The notes beneath the pieces were generated by a model. That model was not told where the DNA came from and searched no databases. It worked only from the letters and a program-made list of their open reading frames with translations. The position numbers and the translations under genes are program-made. From Abditibacteriaceae bacterium (GTDB lineage: Bacteria; Armatimonadota; Abditibacteriia; Abditibacteriales; Abditibacteriaceae), in assembly GCA_031425655.1 (NCBI GenBank), contig JANPJS010000252.1, positions 1 to 14,419 on the forward strand: a stretch of 14,419 bases of DNA, given 5' to 3'. Each line of letters opens with the position of its first letter. Positions within the stretch are counted from its first letter, which is position 1. Positions 1-6,639 of the stretch are shown piece by piece.

Positions 1-16
1 GATAGATTAAGAAACT

Positions 17-49
17 AAAAAGCGGCTCCCGATTCGTGAGCCGCTTTTT
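17..49. terminator. Rho-independent terminator, potentially bidirectional
   Basis: Perfect stem AAAAAGCGGCTC (17-28) / GAGCCGCTTTTT (38-49) with a 9-nt loop and a T5 tract on each strand. It lies 7 bp past the stop of the minus-strand ORF 57..521. Confidence 0.9.
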
Positions 50-56
50 CGTTTTA

Positions 57-521
57 TCAATACTCGTCGTCTTCCTCTTTTTCCTCTTTGGCGACCTTGA
101 TCGATTTAGCAGAATAGCCACCAACGCCGCCAGCCCCTAAATATACCACTGCTTTAACAATTTCCATTACAACTTGGTCTTTATTCAAATACAGGGCATA
201 ACAGAATCCCGCAACAACAATAAGCAAAACCGTTATCAGGAAACCAAATAGTTTGGCAGACAGTCCCCGGTGAAATGTCCGATCTTCGCGGCGGTCTTGC
301 GCTTGCATCTCAAGTGCTTTTTCAGCATATTGGCGGGTTGCCTCCTGCTCGCGCTTACGCAATTCCAGTTCCTCATTACGAAGTTCGAGTTCGGATGCTT
401 GGTTGTCAAGCATCTTCCTAAAGAGGTCTGGATCGCGCACAAGGTCATCCTGCCTTGTGCGCTTTTCCAACTGTGAAGAATGAGGAACAATGCCGGGCTG
501 ATTTTCTGGTTGCTCGTTCAT
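57..521 (-). CDS. Hypothetical membrane protein (N-terminal coiled coil plus 2 TM helices; architecture reminiscent of DUF2335-like proteins)
   Basis: 154-aa ORF with a charged helical segment (ELELRNEELELRKREQE), two hydrophobic segments (LFGFLITVLLIVVAGFCYALYL; IVKAVVYLGAGGVGGY) and an acidic tail. Its start overlaps the upstream stop (ATGA, 518-521) and a terminator follows. Confidence 0.8.
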   Translation of the reverse strand: MNEQPENQPGIVPHSSQLEKRTRQDDLVRDPDLFRKMLDNQASELELRNEELELRKREQEATRQYAEKALEMQAQDRREDRTFHRGLSAKLFGFLITVLLIVVAGFCYALYLNKDQVVMEIVKAVVYLGAGGVGGYSAKSIKVAKEEKEEDDEY

Positions 522-739
522 TTGACTAATCTCCGAAACAGTGGACGATACACGCGACTTTTACGCCTGACAAGGATTCTTCCACCGATTAGCCTACTGC
601 CTAAAACTGGTGGGAGAATCCGAACGGCCTGGATATCGTCCCTGTGGTTCATATAAAGGTGCAGAAAACGTGCTGCGCTCAAAACCTCTGAATAACCAGG
701 GTTGGAAAAGAGCAATCCGTCGTTGTTTTTCGTTTCCAT
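518..739 (-). CDS. Small basic hypothetical protein, translationally coupled to 57..521
   Basis: 73-aa ORF with a GGAGAG Shine-Dalgarno at 746-751 on the minus strand, an ATGA overlap with the downstream gene and an Arg/Lys-rich C-terminus. Confidence 0.75.
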   Translation of the reverse strand: METKNNDGLLFSNPGYSEVLSAARFLHLYMNHRDDIQAVRILPPVLGSRLIGGRILVRRKSRVYRPLFRRLVK

Positions 740-754
740 CTTTGACTCTCCTAA

Positions 755-800
755 TTATCCCCTTAGATTTATCCTTATTGGTGAAGGATAGTAGGGATAA
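755..800. promoter_or_regulatory. Nested inverted repeat / putative 5'-UTR hairpin or operator upstream of the 73-aa gene
   Basis: TTATCCC (755-761) pairs with GGGATAA (794-800), enclosing TATCCTT (770-776) / AAGGATA (784-790). It sits immediately upstream of the RBS. Confidence 0.45.
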
Positions 801-989
801 CTCATGGACGAACATGGATAAACCCAATACATCAAAGCATAATGCAAAAAAGACTTGCGTCAATATGCACGCCCGCGTTATAATTATAAGTTTGAGTGCG
901 ATTTTTAACACAAAAAGTGATGCTGAACGCCGTGAAACTTCACGGCAAATCAAAGCTAAACCTATCGCCATTCGCCAGATAGATTAAAA

Positions 990-1373
990 TTAGTGCCGTG
1001 GAGAAGCACCGATCTTTTGCCTAACCTGAGCAGGAGTATCGCCAATGTTGATGCCCCGTCCCGTTCGCAGGCGGGGCAAAGTCGTGCGCTGAACCTCACC
1101 TTTGACCAATTCGAATGTTCCGAGAGAAGATAAATCAGCCGCCGGACACAGAAGCAAATACGCACCCGGACTTTCCCAATTATCGCCACCATGAATCAAG
1201 TAATAGTTGGCTTTGGAGTCGAATTTCACGAAATCAGCTTGCCCGATATCCAAACGGGAACCTGCCAAAGATATTCGCACGACTTTGGAACGTGGCTTTG
1301 CCTCTGCATCGCGCATAAGTAAAGCCATGCCAATAAGCGCAACGGACAGAACCAACCTGTAATGTGTCTTCAT
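990..1373 (-). CDS. Hypothetical secreted protein, possibly C-terminally truncated
   Basis: Starting at ATG 1373 (MKTHYRLVLSVALIGMALLMRDAEA) gives a Sec-like signal peptide ending in AEA and a 127-aa product. It ends shortly after a TGRGINIGDTPAQVRQKIG motif. Confidence 0.65.
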   Translation of the reverse strand: MKTHYRLVLSVALIGMALLMRDAEAKPRSKVVRISLAGSRLDIGQADFVKFDSKANYYLIHGGDNWESPGAYLLLCPAADLSSLGTFELVKGEVQRTTLPRLRTGRGINIGDTPAQVRQKIGASPRH

Positions 1374-1470
1374 AACCGTTTTCCGTCGTAAGCCACTAAA
1401 ACAGGCACCGAATTGTCGCACAATTCCCTTACGCCGCGCCGTGTATGGTGCTACCGGCGAATTTGTCTAA

Positions 1471-1767
1471 TCACACGGTCGCTAACTCCCAGTGACGGGC
1501 GCGCTGGGTGAGTTCGCCAACGTGTTCGGGCCAATCGTGGAGTGTAGCCGGGTCGAAGTCGGCGCCGGTGGGCCACACCAATGTGTGAACTTCAGCATCA
1601 AGTCGCACTTGATTAAACACATTTACATCGCGTAGCGGGCCGAACATCTGACCATGCAGCACAGGCTCGAAGTCAATAGTTTGCTGTGTGCCATCGTCGA
1701 AACCAATTCGCAGCGCGTAAGGCGCGACGATTTCACAAGACAGAACGCGATAAATGGGATGCGACAT
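1471..1767 (-). CDS. DUF2442 domain protein (putative antitoxin partner of DUF4160)
   Basis: The sequence MSHPIYRVLSCEIVAPYALRIGFDDG...FGPLRDVNVFNQVRLD...TLVWPTGADFDPATL matches the DUF2442 pattern (L.F.DG; F..L.D...F..V; T..WP.GAD..P). AAGGA SD at about 1775-1779 precedes ATG 1767; 98 aa. Confidence 0.9.
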   Translation of the reverse strand: MSHPIYRVLSCEIVAPYALRIGFDDGTQQTIDFEPVLHGQMFGPLRDVNVFNQVRLDAEVHTLVWPTGADFDPATLHDWPEHVGELTQRARHWELATV

Positions 1768-1778
1768 CTCGGTTTCCT

Positions 1779-2035
1779 TCACAACGGCGCGATGGTTTGC
1801 GCTGGTTGACCGCTTTGCAGCGACTGCCACGCCGATTGCAAATCATCTTCGTGCAACTCCGCCCACGCTTCTGCTGGCGTCGCGGCAGCGAACCGGCAAT
1901 TAACTCAATCGGAGACAAGCTGAAAATCGCCACTTCATCGCCGTAGTAAGCATGAAAATGAGGGCGATGATGCTGCCCGCCCGTTTCCATAAACATACGG
2001 ATGATGATTCCGTAAAAGCGGCTTAACTCCGGCAT
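1779..2035 (-). pseudogene. DUF4160 domain protein (putative HicA-like toxin), frameshifted near 1870/1871
   Basis: The N-terminus MPELSRFYGIIIRMF...HHRPHFHAYY...GSLPRRQQ is canonical DUF4160. The canonical C-terminus EAWAELHEDDLQSAWQSLQSGQPAQTIAPL* is present in a different frame and ends at TGA 1779-1781. Confidence 0.85.
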
Positions 2036-2036
2036 T

Positions 2037-3404
2037 CTACGCTAATCCGCGCATCGTGCCAGTGCTTGACGCGAATTTGTCGGACTCGATGCCCAAGCGT
2101 TGCAGCATTGAAACGAACAGGTTTGGCAAAGGATAGTTGTGGGCGCGGTCGAAAGCCAAGTGTTGGCCGTGTTTGAAGCCGCCACCTGCGAGCAGCGTGG
2201 GCAGGTTCGTAGTGACGTGGGTGTTAGCGTTGCCTAAGTTGCTGCCGTAAAGAATCATGCTGCGGTCGAGCAAGTTTTCGGTGCCTTCGGGCGTGGCTTT
2301 GAGCTTGCCGAAGAGGTCAGCCAACAGTTTCATGTGCCACTGGTCAATCGTTCTTAATTGCGTCAATTTGTCGGGCGATTTGCCGTGATGCGACAAGTTG
2401 TGATAGCTGTCGGACAGGTTTTTGCCTTCGATTTCTAAAGCCGGCGAACTCACGCTATCGAGCAAAAGCGTGATAAACCGGCACGAATCGGTCTCAAACG
2501 CAAGGCGCGCCATGTCATACATCAGGCGCGTTTTTTCCATGTATTCGCGTGGGCTGGTCGGGTCAATCGGCATCGGCGCTGCGACTTTGGGTTTGGGCTT
2601 CTTTTCCCATTCCTGCGCCATCGCCATGCGCTTTTCCAAGTCACGCACGCCGGTAAAGTATTGGTCGAGCCGTTCGCGGTCGCGCACGCCGACGCTGCGC
2701 TGTAAATCCTGCGCCTGCCCGGCCACGGCGTCCATGATGCTTTCGCCTAATTGCATCCGCCGGACTTGGGCGTCCACTTCTTCCTTCGTGCCTTGCAAAA
2801 ACAAGCGTTTGTAAATTTCCGAAGCCTTTTCCTCGCAGGGAATCAAGACGCCCGCGCCCGTCCACGACAGGCTGCGCTGGCCGCGTTCGACGTTGACGCC
2901 AAGTGTCAGCGAGGGAAAGCGCGTCAGGTGCCCTAATCGTTCGGCGGCATATTGGTCAATGGAAATCGTGTTGCGAAACCCGCCGCGTCCCGGATGAGGC
3001 GCCGCTGTCAGAAAACAGTTGTCCGCCGGATGCCCGCCGTCTACATCGGGATGCGACACGCCGCTGAAAACCGTCATGTCGTTGCGGTAATCTTTGAGCA
3101 ATTCCAGATACGGCGACAAAACGTAATCGCGCCCGGCCTGCGTCGGAAAAAATTGGTCGGTGAGCAGTCCCAGGTTGTTGCAAACCGCCAAAATGCGGCG
3201 CGGCGGCGTGCCGTTGGCTGCTTCCACCGCTTCGTTCTTCACTTCCGCACCGCGCGCCGGACGCGAAAAAGCCGGCACCATTGCATCAAGAATCGGCAAC
3301 GCGAGCACTACACCGGCGCCGCGCAAAAATTGGCGGCGTGGAATCGCTTTGCCGGTGGAAACCATCGGCATCGCAAGGGGCGAACGGGAAGAATCTTTTT
3401 TCAT
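2037..3404 (-). CDS. DUF1552 domain-containing protein with twin-arginine (Tat) signal
   Basis: 455 aa with [25 protein letters not shown]...[50 protein letters not shown]...[15 protein letters not shown]. It lies downstream of a DUF1592 gene, as is typical. Confidence 0.93.
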   Translation of the reverse strand: MKKDSSRSPLAMPMVSTGKAIPRRQFLRGAGVVLALPILDAMVPAFSRPARGAEVKNEAVEAANGTPPRRILAVCNNLGLLTDQFFPTQAGRDYVLSPYLELLKDYRNDMTVFSGVSHPDVDGGHPADNCFLTAAPHPGRGGFRNTISIDQYAAERLGHLTRFPSLTLGVNVERGQRSLSWTGAGVLIPCEEKASEIYKRLFLQGTKEEVDAQVRRMQLGESIMDAVAGQAQDLQRSVGVRDRERLDQYFTGVRDLEKRMAMAQEWEKKPKPKVAAPMPIDPTSPREYMEKTRLMYDMARLAFETDSCRFITLLLDSVSSPALEIEGKNLSDSYHNLSHHGKSPDKLTQLRTIDQWHMKLLADLFGKLKATPEGTENLLDRSMILYGSNLGNANTHVTTNLPTLLAGGGFKHGQHLAFDRAHNYPLPNLFVSMLQRLGIESDKFASSTGTMRGLA

Positions 3405-3417
3405 GATATTGCCTTAA

Positions 3418-3542
3418 TTTTCAATGGAACACGGCGGCTTCGCCGACACGGAAACGGCGGGGATTTACACGGATTTTTGTTTGGATTGATCAGTGAAAAT
3501 CCGTGTCGTTTCCGCGTAGCGAAGCGCCGTGTCCCATTAAAA
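3418..3542. repeat. About 125-bp imperfect palindromic intergenic repeat (REP/REPIN- or MITE-like), copy 1
   Basis: The left arm TTTTCAATGGAACACGGCGGCTTCGCCGACACGGAAACG matches the reverse complement of the right arm (TTTTAATGGGACACGGCGCTTCGCTACGCGGAAACG). There is an inner perfect 11-bp pair, 3467-3477/3496-3506. A second copy starts at 14351. Confidence 0.85.
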
Positions 3543-3543
3543 G

Positions 3544-6192
3544 TCATTTACTCCCAAACAACTCGCTTTGCACGATTTCGTGAAGCAGCGTTCTCACGCC
3601 GAAGCCGCTCGGACGGGCGCGATTGATAATGGCCTCAATTTTCGGGCGGTCGGCGAAGCGAACCGGCGCGCCCGTTGAATAAATCAGCAGTTGACGTGCA
3701 AGGTTGCGTGCCAGTTTAGCATCGTCCCCGGCCAGCAGGCTTTTCAAGTCGCGCACATCTTTGAAAGCGCGGCCATCGGGCAGTTGCCCACTGGAATCTA
3801 CGGGCAGGCCTTGCGAAAACGTGAAACGGTCGCCATTGCGGCCAAAACCGGCAATTTTTTGGAACTTGCCGTCGCCATCGCCCAACGCGCGATAATTGCC
3901 GCGCCAACCGCCCATCACGTCGAAACTTTCCAAAGCAAAGCCAGCCGGATCAATCTTGACGTGGCACGAAGCGCAGCTTGCAACCGAACGATGCTTATCC
4001 AGTTGCTCGCGGATTGTTACCGCCCCGCGAATGTCCGGCTCAACCGCAGCCACGCCCGGCGGCGGCGGTGGCGAAGGCTCGCCCAAAATGCGCTCCATAA
4101 TCCACGCGCCGCGCAAAACCGGCGAAGTCGTGGTGCCGTTGGCCGTTATTTTGAGGATGCTGGCTTGTGTCATCAGACCTCCGCGCGGCGAATCGGGCGG
4201 CAGTTGCACGCGTCGAATGGCCACGCCGTTGATCTCGCCCGGCACGTTGTAAAGCTGCGCCAAACGCTCGTTGAGCATGGCCCAATCGCTCGATACAATG
4301 CTCTTCGCGGGCAAGTCTTTCTTCAGCAATTCGGCGAAGAATGCGCGCGTTTCCTGCACGCCCGAATCCACTAACAAGTCGTCGAGTTGATAATCGGGAT
4401 ACAGCAAAACGTCGGCGTCGTTGGCGTTGATTTTCCGCAAGTCGAGCCAGTAATCTAAAAACGCTTCCACGAAGCGTCCTGAACGCTCATCATCGAGCAG
4501 GCGATTGGTTTGGGCGCGCAGAACGTCCGGTTTCAGCAGTTGGCCGCTTTTCGCAAGCGCCAATAACGCCTCGTCGGGCGCCGTATTCCACAAGAAATAC
4601 GACAGGCGCGACGCAAGCGCGAAAGCGTTCAATTTGCCCGCTTTTTCGTCGAAATAAAGGAAGCCCGGTGAGCAAAGAACCGACGAATATCCGGCGATCA
4701 TGGCGTCGGGAAACGAATAGCCGCCGTCCAACGCGCGGCGAATGACCGGCATAAAACGCGACACATCGGCTTCCGTAACCGGGCGGCGATAGGCTTTTTG
4801 CAAAAAGACGCGCAACAGCCGCTCGGCATCGCCCCGCGCGTTGGCGGGCACGACTTCGACGGTTTTATCAACTTGCTTGAGCGGCAAATCGCCAAAAATC
4901 GTCTTGTGCCCGGCTGTGGGCCAAGAATTGTAAAGCGGGCCTTCGACTTCCATCCATTTGAACGACACGCCCGACTGACCTTCGGGCGTAGCCAACGGGT
5001 TTCTCATGTCGCCGGGGCGCGGACGAAAAAAGCGCACCGCGTCCGGACGAATGTTTTCGCCTTGCAGCAGCCACGTATCAATTTCCTGCACTTTGCCGTC
5101 GGGCGTCGAGTCGAATTGGCCCAATTTGCGGAGCAAACGAGGCTGCCTGTCGCCGTAAACCATAATCGGCTCACTCCGACGACCCGCCGAAATGTTGGCG
5201 TAATTGGGCACCCACCAGCGTTTTTCATCTTTGGGGCCGATCCAGATGGTATTGGTGGCGAAGCGCAATTTATAACGCCCTGCGACCGGCGCGCGAAACT
5301 TCGTCCAGCGAATTTCGGTCGGCTCGTAAGTGCTAAGCACGACGCCGACGCCTTCTTCATCGCGCACTTTGGGGTCTTTGTCGCCGACGCTGAAAGGAGC
5401 CTTCAAATGCTCCTGATCGGCTTTGGAGCCGACGACGGGAAAAGTCGAGCGCACTTCCGGCCCGACATCGTAAGCGCCGACAAAAGCGCCTTCGTCGCGC
5501 GTGTAATATTTCTTGGTTTTGGTTTCCGGCTGCGCGGCTGCCGAGGCCATCGTTTGTCGCAGCGCGTAATCCGCCGCTTGCAGATAGCGCGACATTTGAA
5601 CGTGCGATACGTCCAGCGCCTCGCCGACCGTATTGAAGCCCGACGCCTGCCCATCTTCGGGCAGCATATCGCGCAGTTGCAGCCAGGGAGATTGCAGCAA
5701 ATCGCGCACGGTGTTCTCGTATTGATAGCGATTGAGGCGGCGCAGAACGGTGCGCCCGGTCGGCACAAGCTGCGCGTCTTCGGTTGTAAGAAGCGCTTTG
5801 GTCAGCGCGTTTTTAAACGCGGCGCGCTCTTGCGGTGTGGGCTGATCGCTTTTGGGCGGCGGCATCTCGCCATCGCGCACGCGGTCGTGAACTTTCACCC
5901 AAACCGCGAATTCGCGCGCATCACCCAAGTCGAATTTGAGCGCCGATAAATCCAGCCCGCCTTTTTGCACATCCTGATTATGGCAGTCGAGGCAGCGATT
6001 GTTGACAAAGGTTTTAATTGGCGCGAATGAATCGGTTTTAGGCGCTGCTTTGAGCGCGGGCTTCGCGGGCGCGGCTTTGACGGCAGACGGATGCGCCTCT
6101 TTGGTGATTCGGGGCACGGCGGGTGCGGCGGCACGCACCATCGCCGCGCCCGAAAGCGCGACGGCGACGACAGCAATTTGAGACTTCTTCAT
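3544..6192 (-). CDS. DUF1592-family planctomycete-type cytochrome c protein (cytochrome c + DUF1587/1595/1592/1588/1585 architecture)
   Basis: 882 aa with a Sec signal and Ala/Pro/Lys linker, CLDCH (5980-5994), GEMPP, LRRLNRYQYENTVRDLL, AYRRPV, LASRLSYFLWNTAPDEALL, RGGLMTQ...TSPVLRGAWI, CASCH (3961-3975) followed by KIDP.GFALESFD, and a C-terminal LL.EIVQSELF. Confidence 0.93.
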   Translation of the reverse strand: MKKSQIAVVAVALSGAAMVRAAAPAVPRITKEAHPSAVKAAPAKPALKAAPKTDSFAPIKTFVNNRCLDCHNQDVQKGGLDLSALKFDLGDAREFAVWVKVHDRVRDGEMPPPKSDQPTPQERAAFKNALTKALLTTEDAQLVPTGRTVLRRLNRYQYENTVRDLLQSPWLQLRDMLPEDGQASGFNTVGEALDVSHVQMSRYLQAADYALRQTMASAAAQPETKTKKYYTRDEGAFVGAYDVGPEVRSTFPVVGSKADQEHLKAPFSVGDKDPKVRDEEGVGVVLSTYEPTEIRWTKFRAPVAGRYKLRFATNTIWIGPKDEKRWWVPNYANISAGRRSEPIMVYGDRQPRLLRKLGQFDSTPDGKVQEIDTWLLQGENIRPDAVRFFRPRPGDMRNPLATPEGQSGVSFKWMEVEGPLYNSWPTAGHKTIFGDLPLKQVDKTVEVVPANARGDAERLLRVFLQKAYRRPVTEADVSRFMPVIRRALDGGYSFPDAMIAGYSSVLCSPGFLYFDEKAGKLNAFALASRLSYFLWNTAPDEALLALAKSGQLLKPDVLRAQTNRLLDDERSGRFVEAFLDYWLDLRKINANDADVLLYPDYQLDDLLVDSGVQETRAFFAELLKKDLPAKSIVSSDWAMLNERLAQLYNVPGEINGVAIRRVQLPPDSPRGGLMTQASILKITANGTTTSPVLRGAWIMERILGEPSPPPPPGVAAVEPDIRGAVTIREQLDKHRSVASCASCHVKIDPAGFALESFDVMGGWRGNYRALGDGDGKFQKIAGFGRNGDRFTFSQGLPVDSSGQLPDGRAFKDVRDLKSLLAGDDAKLARNLARQLLIYSTGAPVRFADRPKIEAIINRARPSGFGVRTLLHEIVQSELFGSK

Positions 6193-6245
6193 AAGAACGA
6201 GGTATTTAGAGCGGTTGCGCCCGAAAAGGTGTGAATGACAACGCT

Positions 6246-6584
6246 TTACTTGGCGTTAGGGTCTAAAGTGAGCCAATAGTAAATGACTGAAGCAGGCAAA
6301 AACCACAAGCATCCTGCAAACAGGCACCAGATAAGCGACCTGTCAATTTTCTTGTAGAAAATAATCAGTAGCGGTGAACACAAGCCAAGGATAGCGACAA
6401 GCCAAGCGACCATTCGTATATTTCCCGCCAAGATCATCTCGGCAGAGGGCGGAGCAAAAACATTATGAATTATCGGATTGCTTATTGTATCGGCGATGTA
6501 AAGCAAAGTTATGCCAAGCGTGGTTGGCAGCAGAATACAAAGAAGTCCTTTCATCGTATAAATCAAAGTTGAGCGTGTCCACAT
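6246..6584 (-). CDS. Small hypothetical membrane protein (about 3 TM), AT-rich
   Basis: 112-aa ORF filling the gap between two co-oriented genes, with three hydrophobic segments and visibly more A/T-ending codons than its neighbours. An alternative start is ATG 6554 (MKGLL). Confidence 0.7.
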   Translation of the reverse strand: MWTRSTLIYTMKGLLCILLPTTLGITLLYIADTISNPIIHNVFAPPSAEMILAGNIRMVAWLVAILGLCSPLLIIFYKKIDRSLIWCLFAGCLWFLPASVIYYWLTLDPNAK

Positions 6585-6639
6585 GACGGATATTTAGAGC
6601 CACTTCGCATCAGATTGGACATTGCAAAACAACCGGACT

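Noticed and set aside
594..987. Opposing 125-aa ORFs 594..971 (-) and 610..987 (+)
   Set aside because: Both overlap the better-supported 73-aa gene and its SD/hairpin region, and neither has family-like features. They are not fully excluded but are unsupported.
1733..1870. C-terminal 45 aa of the 100-aa ORF 1733..2035, and the N-terminal extension of ORF 1471..1830
   Set aside because: The first is out-of-frame read-through after the DUF4160 frameshift. The second precedes the SD-supported ATG at 1767.
3418..3542. CRISPR array or tRNA interpretation of the repeated ACACGG units and hairpins
   Set aside because: There are no regularly spaced identical repeats with unique spacers, no cas genes, and no cloverleaf or T-loop consensus.
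4055..4082. GGC/GGT low-complexity run
   Set aside because: It simply encodes the PSPPPPPG motif typical of the DUF1588 region and is not a contingency repeat.
4798..5949. 383-aa plus-strand ORF, and other long antisense ORFs such as 2952..3626, 3691..4374, 8856..9512 and 12002..12586
   Set aside because: They lie mostly or wholly antisense to well-supported genes, show no recognisable motifs, and are the shadow ORFs expected from GC-rich codon bias.
6213..6270. Possible integron attC site after the 112-aa gene (CCTAAC near its 3' end)
   Set aside because: There is no proper RYYYAAC...GTTRRRY pair with an intervening palindrome, and no integrase in the window.
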